DNA of 64,000 nucleotides from Nitrospirales bacterium (GTDB lineage Bacteria > Nitrospirota > Nitrospiria > Nitrospirales > UBA8639), in NCBI GenBank assembly GCA_965223295.1, contig CBDCWC010000002.1, forward strand, positions 320,001 to 384,000. The letters are read 5' to 3'. Below the pieces are notes generated by a model. It was not told the origin of the DNA. It saw only the letters and a program-made list of their open reading frames with translations, and searched no databases. Positions within the stretch are counted from its first letter, which is position 1, and each line of letters begins with the position of its first letter. Both the position numbers and the translations under genes were made by a program. This document shows positions 1-9,924 of this stretch, one piece after another.

Positions 1-69
1 GAAATGGTTGCGAAGGCCCTCGGTACAGTGAACCATCGTTTTATACATGGAACATGTGCAGAGCCGTGA
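1..69 (+). CDS. 3' end of a CDS entering the window (EMVAKALGTVNHRFIHGTCAEP*)
   Basis: Frame 1 is open from base 1 to TGA at 67-69 and is co-oriented with the downstream genes. Confidence 0.3.
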   Translation, partial: EMVAKALGTVNHRFIHGTCAEP

Positions 70-123
70 GGTTTGAGTAGGGGGAATGAGCGTAAGTTAT
101 TGAGTAATGAAATGAGGTGGAAC

Positions 124-525
124 ATGATAGTACGGATCATCATGTTGGGTTTGGTTTTCCTGCCTAGCGGTCCCTTGTTCGTAAGTGCGGGAAAATGGAG
201 TGGCTATATCACCGTATCCACAAAGGATGATGTGGTGCTGAGTTATCGACAGCGACTGCAAAAAGACGGGTGGTTTGTGGAATGGCGAGCGGAAAATAAA
301 GGTGCTGATTGGGTAGAACCATTCACAAAATCTCGGATGTATCATTGTGCAGATGGAACCAAAAACAAGGAAAAAGAGAAAACGCTGGGTCCCTATCCTC
401 CTGGTGATGTGCGAAGGGGAGGGATCAGGGATAGAGGAATTTGTCCAGGGAGTGAAATCCAGAACGTTGAAGTAGACATTGAGTTGCGTCCAGTTTCTGA
501 CGCGATTCGAAGGATGTGGCAATAA
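124..525 (+). CDS. Hypothetical exported protein
   Basis: GAGGTGG RBS before ATG 124; hydrophobic N-terminal signal-like segment; two Cys. Confidence 0.65.
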   Translation: MIVRIIMLGLVFLPSGPLFVSAGKWSGYITVSTKDDVVLSYRQRLQKDGWFVEWRAENKGADWVEPFTKSRMYHCADGTKNKEKEKTLGPYPPGDVRRGGIRDRGICPGSEIQNVEVDIELRPVSDAIRRMWQ

Positions 526-587
526 CGTATGGAGGCAAGGGTTATCCTCAGATAACAAAACGATCAGACAGAAAGACGGAGGACTCT

Positions 588-1889
588 ATGAATGTGTATA
601 AGTTGTGTAGGTTGTTCTTGGTTGTGGTCGTACTCGTACTCGTTAGTCCAATGGCTTCCGGCTATGCCCAAGGGCCTGGAGGAACATCCAACGAGGAACA
701 GATGCAGCAGATGTTGGATATGATAAAAGGAATGAGCAAGGGGGCGGGACAGGGGAAAGGCATGGATGAGAGGACCCAAAAACAGCTAGAAAATATGTTT
801 AAGGGGATGGGTCAGAAGATGGACAAACGTCAGGTCGCTCAGACCAAAAAGGAACAGGAACAGTTTGAGACGGAGACCGTTGGTCATGGGACCGCCATCG
901 TGGAGGTGGAAGGGAAACGCTATGACCTGACGGTCACCACATGTGAACTCTGGGGGGGCGACTCTCGCGAGTTTAAGATCGAAGCGCGACAACCTCCTGC
1001 TAAGGGTGCCTGGAAACTTTCGATGAGGGCAGGCAAAAGTTCCAGGGTTGGACTGACATTTCAAGTTGGACGTAAGAAGGGCTATTGGCGGGAAGGAACG
1101 GGATCAGTAGACAAATCCTCCTCTTTGACCGTGAAGGACAATGGGCTTCAATGGACAGGCCTGGTTGACGAAAAAGACAACGTTCCAATAACGATCCAGG
1201 TCACTTGTGGTGCGGAGATGGTCAATTACTCCAAGCCAGCCAATCCGGGACAAAACACTTCTCCTCATGTCTTGACCTTGTCGTTGGGTAAGGAAATCTA
1301 TACCTTCCAGATAGGCTATTGCTCCACAGAAGCCTACCGAACTGGAAACTTAATGGTGGAATTTGATGTTACCGCCATGGGCACGTTTCGAGGAAGTCCA
1401 GCTATTCTTTTCCTGTCGAAAAGCCATCCGGTTGGGAGTCAGGGGAGAGATTTTGAAGAACTGGAATTATTGCTCGGGGAATTGACTGCAGAACAACGAA
1501 CGCTTCCCCCATTGAAAGTCAAACAAGAGCTTGACGAAAAGGTGAATGCCTTTTCCAGAGAAGCGAACGCGGCCATTCAAAAAAAGTATGATAAAGAGCG
1601 GGCCGTCATTCAGGAGAAATACGGTAAAGATGTGCCTCCAGACAAAGCCGTAGAGGCAACGGAGGCCTACCTAAAGATGGGGGATGCACAAGGCAAAGAG
1701 ATGGACAAGGTTCGAGAGCAAGTCAAGGCCATGCGATTTCCTGAAGCTAAAAATAATGGGACATTTACGATCAATGGAAAAGAGGTGCTGTATAAGGGGC
1801 CAAGACTTCGAATCCTCCATGGCAAAGATGTCCCCCAGTTCAAGAATTTAGAAGGTATTCCAGAAGTGCTGCTCACTTGTGAGACATAA
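588..1889 (+). CDS. Hypothetical secreted protein with two apparently repeated Cys-bounded beta domains
   Basis: GGAGGA RBS before ATG 588; signal peptide (LVVVVLVLVSPMASGYAQ); Met/Gln/Gly-rich linker. Confidence 0.75.
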   Translation: MNVYKLCRLFLVVVVLVLVSPMASGYAQGPGGTSNEEQMQQMLDMIKGMSKGAGQGKGMDERTQKQLENMFKGMGQKMDKRQVAQTKKEQEQFETETVGHGTAIVEVEGKRYDLTVTTCELWGGDSREFKIEARQPPAKGAWKLSMRAGKSSRVGLTFQVGRKKGYWREGTGSVDKSSSLTVKDNGLQWTGLVDEKDNVPITIQVTCGAEMVNYSKPANPGQNTSPHVLTLSLGKEIYTFQIGYCSTEAYRTGNLMVEFDVTAMGTFRGSPAILFLSKSHPVGSQGRDFEELELLLGELTAEQRTLPPLKVKQELDEKVNAFSREANAAIQKKYDKERAVIQEKYGKDVPPDKAVEATEAYLKMGDAQGKEMDKVREQVKAMRFPEAKNNGTFTINGKEVLYKGPRLRILHGKDVPQFKNLEGIPEVLLTCET

Positions 1890-1956
1890 CCTTGGTCTGT
1901 TGGTAGTCCTGATTGTAGTTTTGGAATAGTTGGATATTCTGGAAAAATATTCTTTG

Positions 1957-4620
1957 ATGGGTGATGATTTCAATCGAGTGAAGTATCTCCTGCTATTCTT
2001 GCTGGGAGTTTTCTGGATTGTGATGCCAATGTCTTCTGCTGCAGAAGAGTGGCCGATCAAAGAGTTTAAGGTTATTCGCAATAACCCATCTCCAACGACC
2101 TGGGCTGATGTTCAAACTGCAAAACTCCGTGTGAAATTAGGCACGTCTCCTCAAAAGTATGCCGATGCCGTAGAAGCCCGATACAACTATGAACAAAGTA
2201 ATTTTAGTAAAAAAGTGTCCTTGGCCACGGCGCAAGAAATTGAAAAATGGTTGCACGCGGTGGCGCAAGCCTATGAGGATATGGGCTTTCTGAACCCTCA
2301 CTATGGCAATACCAGTATGGTTTCTGGCCAAAAGAAATTCTTAGTATACGTGTATCCTTTTTACGATGCGTATGCGGCATACAATGGGATTTGTGCATCT
2401 AATCCCAAGACGCACATTCGAATAGATTCTGTTCGCAGTATTAAACCCGATGGTTCCCTGACCGCCAAAGCTTATCAAGATATTGCGCATGAACTCTTCC
2501 ACGCCGTTCAACATCGGTATGATCTATTTTCGAAAAGTTGTAATGTCGGTGAGTGGATAACTGAAGGGACTGCCGAAGCCGTTGGCATAGAAATGGCCAG
2601 AAAGTTATATCCGAAAAAAGCCCCGTACACCATCTGTCAAATAGGAAAGCGTTTTTACAACCAAAGACTTTACACGAATGCTGGCTCAAGTGTTGGTGCA
2701 AGTCCTCCCTGCCAAGAAGCCAAACTTGACTATCAAGCACTGTCATTTTGGCAATTTTTAGGAGAATATGCCCACAGGAAGTTTATGGGAGACTATGCCG
2801 AGAAGGGGTATCTTGCGACGGAAGAATTTGTCCCACCAGACTTTCGTTATCTCCATAACTTTTTTAGTAGAACCCACAGCATGGGAAGCCCTGCGAAGGA
2901 ATATGTCTGGCTGAATAAGGTTCTCCGGCAAAATAATCGGTACGGGAAACATCAATTTGGCATCATACTTCATACAGCCTACTCCCGATTTGTGGGAACC
3001 TTTGCATCATATTGGAAAGAAAAGCGAATGAGTCGATATCCTGGTGCTGTGGGAGGGGCCAGCCAGGCAGCTCAAGAAGAGAAATGGATGAAATGGATTT
3101 TTGGAGCCTGTGCACCGGTGATTGTCAATAAAGGAGCTTCCATTCCACCAGTGACATTGGCGATCGGACCAGTTGCGGCTCAATGTCTTAAGATGACCTT
3201 TAATGGCTTTGAGAAAGATGAACGAGTTGGGTTAACGTTTTTCGCATCGGGAGACAACCAGAGTATCGATCAGGAATCACTCGCGATTAGTACAGATGGA
3301 GGGAAGAAAATTATTCGCCGACATCCTGCTGAACAAGTGGCGGACAGAATTGGGAAATTCCCCAAAATTGCTGCCACGACAGACCCTCAATATTTCATTG
3401 TTTCAAATGTGGCCAAAAAGGCTGCGACCACGAAGGCCATTGAACCTGTTTTGACGATTGTTCAGGAAAGTATTTCCACCAACTTAGCTAAAGAAAAAAA
3501 AGATCCAGAGGATCCAGACCCATCTGAAAAGCAAGAGCGTGAACATGCCAGAAAGTCACGGAGCTGGAAAGGCCAGGCTTGGCAGGATGATCGGAGGACA
3601 TGCAAAAGGCCATTTGAGGCTGCCCCGTGTGGCCGAACCACTAACCTTCACTTGAGTCTCGTGCCTGACACGGCCCACCTTCTTGATACGCTGAAAGAAC
3701 CCTCTATGACCTGGGAACGGAAGTTTCGCATGTTTGACGATGTAGTTCAAGATGGAGGCGAATCCTTTGTTTCAGATTATTTGGATGACCTGTATGAGAT
3801 CCAACAGCAAGATGGATGGGAGGTAAATATCATCATTTCCCAAATCCAACCTGGATTTACAGGAACCATTTCGAATGCCCATATCCAGGTGGCCAAAGCT
3901 GTTCCTCAGCGTGGTAGCTATAAGGCCTTAGGGCCTTGGGCTGGATCTTGTACAAAGGGCTATCGCCCGGCTACCGGGCAAGTCATGATTGAGGAGTTTT
4001 CAAAATATGTGTTGAAAGGAACTTTTTCTGCACAATTGGTCGATAGCAAGATGTTTGAGCCCTGTCAAACAGCTCCTATTGTTCAGTCTGATGGGGGACC
4101 ATTCAGCATTACCGAGATAGGTGGACATCTGAACATCGATATACCGCCACCCTCAGACGAAGCGATCATCGATCGGACTATCGAGGATACGAACGAGCTC
4201 TTGCCGGACTTGATTACTGATGATCTGCGGGAACATATTAAGGAGAAAGCCAAACAAGAACGGGAAAAGCAGAGACAAGAGAAACAGGAAAACTCGTCTA
4301 CGAAAAACGGGACAGGTTCGATGCCATCATGTGATTGCCAATGTCATATGGAGAAGACCTATTGTGAGGCGGATCCGACATCACGTTGCTGCCAAACTTG
4401 CGAACCTGTTTTTTTAATGTGTAATGGCAATAAGAAAGGGCATTCGGATCCTGTAACAGCCGATGACGTTCGGGAGATGCGGAAACAGTATGAAGCCTAT
4501 CTGGATGCTCATGGAATGGCGGGAATGGCCGATATCAAACAGCAAATGATGCAAGCATTCGATGAGATCCCAACAGCCGAAGAGAAGCGCATGTTCATCA
4601 AAGTTCTCCCCGAGAAATGA
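1957..4620 (+). CDS. Large secreted zinc metallopeptidase-like protein (gluzincin-type) with Cys-rich C-terminal region; start codon uncertain
   Basis: Signal peptide; IAHELFHAVQ (HEXXH at 2488-2502) followed by WITEGTAE; CDCQC...CCQTC cluster near the C-terminus. Confidence 0.7.
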   Translation: MGDDFNRVKYLLLFLLGVFWIVMPMSSAAEEWPIKEFKVIRNNPSPTTWADVQTAKLRVKLGTSPQKYADAVEARYNYEQSNFSKKVSLATAQEIEKWLHAVAQAYEDMGFLNPHYGNTSMVSGQKKFLVYVYPFYDAYAAYNGICASNPKTHIRIDSVRSIKPDGSLTAKAYQDIAHELFHAVQHRYDLFSKSCNVGEWITEGTAEAVGIEMARKLYPKKAPYTICQIGKRFYNQRLYTNAGSSVGASPPCQEAKLDYQALSFWQFLGEYAHRKFMGDYAEKGYLATEEFVPPDFRYLHNFFSRTHSMGSPAKEYVWLNKVLRQNNRYGKHQFGIILHTAYSRFVGTFASYWKEKRMSRYPGAVGGASQAAQEEKWMKWIFGACAPVIVNKGASIPPVTLAIGPVAAQCLKMTFNGFEKDERVGLTFFASGDNQSIDQESLAISTDGGKKIIRRHPAEQVADRIGKFPKIAATTDPQYFIVSNVAKKAATTKAIEPVLTIVQESISTNLAKEKKDPEDPDPSEKQEREHARKSRSWKGQAWQDDRRTCKRPFEAAPCGRTTNLHLSLVPDTAHLLDTLKEPSMTWERKFRMFDDVVQDGGESFVSDYLDDLYEIQQQDGWEVNIIISQIQPGFTGTISNAHIQVAKAVPQRGSYKALGPWAGSCTKGYRPATGQVMIEEFSKYVLKGTFSAQLVDSKMFEPCQTAPIVQSDGGPFSITEIGGHLNIDIPPPSDEAIIDRTIEDTNELLPDLITDDLREHIKEKAKQEREKQRQEKQENSSTKNGTGSMPSCDCQCHMEKTYCEADPTSRCCQTCEPVFLMCNGNKKGHSDPVTADDVREMRKQYEAYLDAHGMAGMADIKQQMMQAFDEIPTAEEKRMFIKVLPEK

Positions 4621-4638
4621 CACATGCTACAAATAATA

Positions 4639-4655
4639 AGGGGTCAGACACGAAT
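4639..4655 (+). repeat. 17-bp dispersed repeat, copy 1 (AGGGGTCAGACACGAAT)
   Basis: Identical to 6333-6349. Confidence 0.7.
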
Positions 4656-4780
4656 TAATGGACTCCAATTTTGTCCCTAACTGTATAACGGGAACAACGT
4701 AGTCTCTAAGGTGCGAGAGGACATGGATCCTTAAGCGTTTCATTTGCTTGCTCTCATAGGTATCCATAGCTTTTGAAAAT

Positions 4781-5095
4781 TCAATTGGTACGAGTTTTGG
4801 TGCATCCCTTCGTGATCTGTGAGAGTTTGTCCATAAATGCATCGTGGTTCTCTCCGAGTTGGGAAACAACTTTTCTATCTCCTTGCATGAGCGCCAACGC
4901 CATAGCTTGTTCTTTGGGCGACATGATCTCATTGGCAGTTGCTTGCCCACATTCGCAATTCTCTGGCGTATCCTTTTTCTCTGCAATACAAAAGTTTTGT
5001 AATGAGTCATGCTGAGATATGTTCGAACCCAGGGCATATGTTCCGAGGCTGAGATTGCCTACAAATATAGCACACCAAATACAAAGTAATTTCAT
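4781..5095 (-). CDS. Small Cys-containing secreted hypothetical protein
   Basis: AAAGGAG RBS; signal-like N-terminus; FC...CEC...GC pattern. Confidence 0.6.
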   Translation of the reverse strand: MKLLCIWCAIFVGNLSLGTYALGSNISQHDSLQNFCIAEKKDTPENCECGQATANEIMSPKEQAMALALMQGDRKVVSQLGENHDAFMDKLSQITKGCTKTRTN

Positions 5096-5396
5096 GATGA
5101 CTCCTTTCTTCTAAGGGTGATTTGCTACATTAGTCATTTTCCGTTTTCTTTTTAGAAAGAATTTCTCGTTTCCTCACCTCCTTCTTATTCGGATTCTCCA
5201 AACCTAAGGGTTTTGGGGTGATCTGAGTGAGCATATTTGTATCTTTTTAGATATTGACTCGTATCTAAAAGGATAACATTTCTATCATTTGCTGTTGAAT
5301 CAGCCTATGTATTCCAGACCTCATGCATGGTAAACGTTCCAAGAAAATAGAAAGTGTTTCAGTAAATTCTCTGGATATGAAGAAGGAGGTTAGCTT

Positions 5397-5411
5397 TGGT
5401 ATAGACCTTGC
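5397..5411 (+). promoter_or_regulatory. Putative sigma-54 (-24/-12) promoter
   Basis: TGGTATAGACCTTGC has correct GG-N10-GC spacing, ~57 bp upstream of ATG 5469. Confidence 0.55.
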
Positions 5412-5468
5412 TTTAATTTCTATTATTAGATCCCTTGACAGTTTCTTGCTTTCGAAAACACATCAAAT

Positions 5469-6314
5469 ATGAAAACCCATACTTTCTTACATCGAGAGGG
5501 AAAGCATCGTCTCTTCCCTGCTTCTTCGCAATCGTCCTCTCTTCTTATTGTTGATGATGAGCCAGATGTTGTGCTCACGTTGCAGGATCTGTTTAAAGGG
5601 GAAGGCTATCAAGTTGATGTTGCCACGAATGGAGCCGATGCTTTAGGGCTGGTCAAAACATGTGTATATGACGCAGTGATATTAGATATTCGGCTTCCTG
5701 ATGTTGATGGCTTGTTTGTTCTTGAAAAGATGACAAAAGTGGTTCCCGGGCTTCCTATTATTATCTTGACAGCCTGTACGACCCTAGATTCTGTGGTTGG
5801 ACCACTTGAAGAACAGGGTGCTTTTGACTATTTGCACAAACCGATTAACCGTCAGGCGATTAGGACGGCAGTTCGCCATGCTCTGAAGGCTCAGAGACTA
5901 GCAAAGAAAATCGAACAGGCTCATCATGCTTTGCAGGAAAGCGAAGAGCGATTTCAGGCGGTTTTTCATGCGGCGATTGATGCGATTGTGCTAGCCAATC
6001 ATCAGGGGCTCATTATGTCTTGGAATCCTTCAGCGGAAGAGATGTTTGGCTATAAAGCCGAAGAAATTTTTGGAAAATCTCTGACGCTTATCATGCCACT
6101 CCGGTATCGGAAGGCTCATGAGGAAGGGATGAAAAGAATTCAGGCAACGGGTGACCCCCGGGTCTTACGAAAAACCCTTACCCTTCATGGATTACGAAAA
6201 AACGGAGAGGAATTTCCCATTGAACTGTCCTTGAATTCTTGGATCAATGGCCCGCATCCCTGCTATTCAGGATTTATCCGTGACATTTCCAAGCGTGAAA
6301 GTCAACCGATGTAA
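5469..6314 (+). CDS. Response regulator: receiver domain plus PAS domain, no output domain
   Basis: LLIVDDE, ILDIRLP and KP receiver motifs; PAS motifs WNPSAEEMFGY and GLRKNGEEFPIELSL. Confidence 0.85.
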   Translation: MKTHTFLHREGKHRLFPASSQSSSLLIVDDEPDVVLTLQDLFKGEGYQVDVATNGADALGLVKTCVYDAVILDIRLPDVDGLFVLEKMTKVVPGLPIIILTACTTLDSVVGPLEEQGAFDYLHKPINRQAIRTAVRHALKAQRLAKKIEQAHHALQESEERFQAVFHAAIDAIVLANHQGLIMSWNPSAEEMFGYKAEEIFGKSLTLIMPLRYRKAHEEGMKRIQATGDPRVLRKTLTLHGLRKNGEEFPIELSLNSWINGPHPCYSGFIRDISKRESQPM

Positions 6315-6332
6315 TATGCAGATGATAATACT

Positions 6333-6349
6333 AGGGGTCAGACACGAAT
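6333..6349 (+). repeat. 17-bp dispersed repeat, copy 2
   Basis: Identical to 4639-4655. Confidence 0.7.
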
Positions 6350-6438
6350 AAACTCTTTCTTCCCTTTATTTTCTATGTGAGCCGTTACATTATTTTATGT
6401 GACGCTCAGTTAGAAGGGTGTCAGAAGTGGGTATCTCA

Positions 6439-7260
6439 TTACTGAATCGTTTTCGATTCTTTGACATCCAGCCAGTCGCGGAGCCAGTCGCCGAGAAGAT
6501 TAGCGGCCAGCACGACTGCCATCAGTGTCAGACCAGGAATCAAAACCAGGTGTGGTGCCACCAGCATATAGCGGGTGCCATCGCGGATCATGCTTCCCCA
6601 TGATGCTTCAGGTGGTTGAACACCTAACCCTAAAAAAGACAAGCCTGCTTCGGCAATGATGGCGCTGGCAACACCAAAGCTGGCTTCGATGAGGAGGGGG
6701 GCTGTGATTAAGGGAAAGAGATGGTGCCACATGATACGCCAAGAGGAAGCTCCTAACGCTTGCGCGGCGATTACGTGATCAGCATGTTTGAGGGCCAACA
6801 CCTGTCCGCGCGCAAGTCGTGCATAACCTACCCATCCAACGATGACCAATGCAAAAATCACATTCTCGATCCCGGGTCCAAGGGCTCCTGCCAAAGCAAT
6901 GGCTAGTAGTAAACCAGGGAAGGCTAACATGATATCCACAATTCGGACGAAGATCTGATCCACCCATCCACTGAAGTACCCGCTTGCGATCCCTAAAGTC
7001 GAACCAATCATGAGACCTAATGCCACAACGCTAATAGCCACGAAGAATGAAGTGCGAGCTCCGTTCATGAGACGATCAGCTATGGAGCGTCCCAGTTCAT
7101 CAAAACCTAACCAATGGAATAGGTCAGGTCCTACAAGGATATGAGTCAGGTCAATCCTGTTGGGTGTGAGAGGGAGGAGAGGCTGCAGGACAGCAACGAG
7201 ACCCCATATGCTGATAATACTCAGTGGTAGCCACAAACGTATCATGAATGGCGTTGCCAA
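6439..7260 (-). CDS. dppC: Peptide/nickel ABC transporter permease (DppC/OppC-like)
   Basis: HWLGFDELGR and EAGLSFLGLGVQPPEASWG motifs; multiple TM helices. Confidence 0.9.
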   Translation of the reverse strand: MATPFMIRLWLPLSIISIWGLVAVLQPLLPLTPNRIDLTHILVGPDLFHWLGFDELGRSIADRLMNGARTSFFVAISVVALGLMIGSTLGIASGYFSGWVDQIFVRIVDIMLAFPGLLLAIALAGALGPGIENVIFALVIVGWVGYARLARGQVLALKHADHVIAAQALGASSWRIMWHHLFPLITAPLLIEASFGVASAIIAEAGLSFLGLGVQPPEASWGSMIRDGTRYMLVAPHLVLIPGLTLMAVVLAANLLGDWLRDWLDVKESKTIQ

Positions 7261-8171
7261 TTGATGCGCGGGTCGAGCCAGGCATATAGCAGATCAGTTG
7301 TGAGGTTGACCAGCACGTAGGTGAGGCTGATACAGAGCACGGCGGCTTGAACAACGGGGTAATCGCGTTGTTGAATGGCTTCAATCACAAGGAGCCCCAA
7401 TCCAGGCCATGCAAAAACCGTTTCCGTAATTACGGCGCCGCCCAGTAAGCCTCCCAGTTGAAGACCGAGTAGAGTGAGGATTGGTAAGAATGCGTTAGGC
7501 AAGGCATGGGTAAACACCGCTTGTAGGGATGAAAGGCCCTTAGCCCGAGCAGTCCGGAGAAAATCTTCTCCTAAAATTTCTAAAAGCGTACTTCGTAGCA
7601 TGCGTGCTAAAATCGCGGCCATGGCAGTGCCTAGAGTTAGTGCTGGTAAGAACACGGCATTCCATCCTTCCTGTCCGCTGACGGGAAACCATCCCAGCCA
7701 AAGACTGCCGACCAGAATCAAGAGCGGTCCCATCCAGAAATTTGGAATAGACATTCCTAATAGGGCAAATCCCATAGCCCCATGGTCATAAATTGAATGC
7801 TGGCGAATGGCTGCTAAGAGGCCAAGCGGGAAAGCCATAATCCCCGCGACGACTAAGGCCGCCACGCTGAGATGGAGTGTTGCAGGGATACGTTCGAGAA
7901 GCAGTTCGAAGATGGGACGGCCGGAGAATAATGAATGGCCAAAATCAGCTTGGGCTAGTCCCGTAAGATAATTCCACCATTGTTCGTAGAGGGGGAGATG
8001 GAGCCCTAATTTTTGACGGAGGGCTTCACGGTCTACGGCCAAAGCTGCCTCACCCAACATGACATCAACTGGGTCACCCGGGATCAGGTGAATCAAAAAA
8101 AAGACAAGACTCAACACTCCGAGCAAACCCACCAACGCACTGCTGATTCTTGTCAGAATGAAATGAGACAT
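7242..8171 (-). CDS. dppB: Peptide/nickel ABC transporter permease (DppB/OppB-like)
   Basis: IPGDPV, RTARAKGL, ITETVFAWPGLG and RDYPVVQ motifs. Confidence 0.9.
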   Translation of the reverse strand: MSHFILTRISSALVGLLGVLSLVFFLIHLIPGDPVDVMLGEAALAVDREALRQKLGLHLPLYEQWWNYLTGLAQADFGHSLFSGRPIFELLLERIPATLHLSVAALVVAGIMAFPLGLLAAIRQHSIYDHGAMGFALLGMSIPNFWMGPLLILVGSLWLGWFPVSGQEGWNAVFLPALTLGTAMAAILARMLRSTLLEILGEDFLRTARAKGLSSLQAVFTHALPNAFLPILTLLGLQLGGLLGGAVITETVFAWPGLGLLVIEAIQQRDYPVVQAAVLCISLTYVLVNLTTDLLYAWLDPRINWQRHS

Positions 8172-8232
8172 CGTGTGATGGAGGATCGGCCGACGTTGTT
8201 GTTGCGCAATAGGGAAGAATGGTCAGTCATTA

Positions 8233-9756
8233 TTATGAGACGTTGTCCATAACTATCTGAGCTGAGAGTCTTGCTTCAGATGCCCATTTGATATCTAACA
8301 GGCCGTCGTAATTACCATCAAATTGGAGGGAATAGCCCTCAAGCGCATTACTTGACACCACATAATGATCTTCATACCAGAGCGGGACATAGGGCAAGGT
8401 CTCCAAGAGACGGGCTTGCAGAGCTTGGTAGAGTTCTCGCTGCTGGCTGGGTTCAGTCGCATGTTCGGCTGTTGTGATCAAATGATCGGTTTGTGAATCG
8501 GCATAATGCCCTCGGTTTGCCCCTTGTGGAGGAGTGGCCTGGCTATGGAAAACATGCCGGAAAATATCAGGAGTTTTCAGACCGACCCATGCCAGACTGT
8601 ACATTTGAAAGCGTCCAGTTTTGATATCACCATAAAATGTGCCCCAGTCATGACTGTGAATCGACACGTCAATGCCAACTTGCCGGAGCTGATCTTGAAG
8701 GATCGTGGCTAAACGTAATCGAAAAGGGTCCGTTGAAGTTTTATAGATGAGTGTGGGGCGTTGCTTACCTTTGAATCCAGCTTTCCGTAACAGCATTTTG
8801 GCTTGAGCTGGATCGTACGAGTACCCTTTTAAAGTAGAACTGCCGAGCCAATGATCGGGTGCAAACAGTGCCTGAGCTGGCCGGGCTCGCCTTCTTAGTA
8901 CCAACTGGAGAATGGCTTCACGATTGATGGCATGGGCAATGGCTTTCCGTACCAATAGGTTCCCCACAATTGGATCCTGATGATTAAACCCAAGATACGC
9001 AAACTTTTCTCCCTGGCGCTGGGCAAGTCTTAGGGAAGGTTGCTCTGCAAGATAGCTGACCAACTCAGGGGGGAGATCATTCTGGAGCAGATGAATTTCT
9101 CCAGCCAGCAGTTTCAGGGCTCGTACGGTTGGGTCGGGTACGCGCAAAAATTCAATATGTTGGTTATCGGTTCGGCGTCGGAGTGTGACCCGAGTGTCAT
9201 CTGGTCTTGCCTCTAAAAGAAATGGTCCACTTCCGACGGGTTCATCGTGAAAAGAATGCTTTGAAGCAATAAGGTTTGCCGGCAAAATGCCGATAATAAC
9301 ATAGCCAGGAAATAATGAATCTGGATGCCTCAAGTGAAAGTCCACAGTCGACTCTGAGGGGGTATCAATTTGGCGAATCGTGTAGAGAAGCCCTTGATGC
9401 GGAGAGGGGGTCTCTGAATCGATTAACGACATATAGGTTGCCTGGACGTCTCGAGCCGATAATCGTGTGCCATCAGGGAATGTGGGCCGGGGTTCGCGGA
9501 GAGTGAATCGATAATGTGTTGGCGTAAGAACTTCCCATGTTGCAAGGGAAGGAATGGGGCGAGCATTCTCCGTAAAATCGACTAGGCGTGAATAGAGGAG
9601 CCGATTGATTCGGCCTGATGTCGCATCGGTGGCATAGCGAGGATCGAAATTTGTGGGGGAGTTGGCAAGGCCGAAGCGAATGGTGAGATCAGGGTTGGCT
9701 TCCGTGCAGCTCAAGGCAAAGGAAAGGAAGATCAAGAAAAGCCAGAAATGCATCAC
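8233..9756 (-). CDS. ABC transporter substrate-binding lipoprotein, family 5 (DppA/OppA-like)
   Basis: Lipobox ALSC; PVGSGPF; VRKAIAHAINRE; in an operon with dppBC. Confidence 0.88.
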   Translation of the reverse strand: MMHFWLFLIFLSFALSCTEANPDLTIRFGLANSPTNFDPRYATDATSGRINRLLYSRLVDFTENARPIPSLATWEVLTPTHYRFTLREPRPTFPDGTRLSARDVQATYMSLIDSETPSPHQGLLYTIRQIDTPSESTVDFHLRHPDSLFPGYVIIGILPANLIASKHSFHDEPVGSGPFLLEARPDDTRVTLRRRTDNQHIEFLRVPDPTVRALKLLAGEIHLLQNDLPPELVSYLAEQPSLRLAQRQGEKFAYLGFNHQDPIVGNLLVRKAIAHAINREAILQLVLRRRARPAQALFAPDHWLGSSTLKGYSYDPAQAKMLLRKAGFKGKQRPTLIYKTSTDPFRLRLATILQDQLRQVGIDVSIHSHDWGTFYGDIKTGRFQMYSLAWVGLKTPDIFRHVFHSQATPPQGANRGHYADSQTDHLITTAEHATEPSQQRELYQALQARLLETLPYVPLWYEDHYVVSSNALEGYSLQFDGNYDGLLDIKWASEARLSAQIVMDNVS

Positions 9757-9924
9757 GGTATCTCAGTCTTTGGGTAAGGGCTTGCTGTGAGAAAGCAAAT
9801 TCTTAATGGACTTGGAACTATTTCTGTAATTTTACAAGTATAGCCGATGTCAGGGAAGAGAAAAACGTGTATTGGAGGAATTCCCTATCATCAGGCTGCA
9901 TAGCATGAATAAAGGAGAGCAGGA

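Noticed and set aside
4627-5037. 136-aa minus-strand ORF and the many other short ORFs overlapping called genes
   Set aside because: They are alternative-frame or antisense shadows without an RBS or recognisable motifs
6376-6403. TGTGA.../GTTACAT-N6-ATGTGAC inverted repeat as a transcription-factor site
   Set aside because: It lies between convergent 3' ends, with no promoter to regulate
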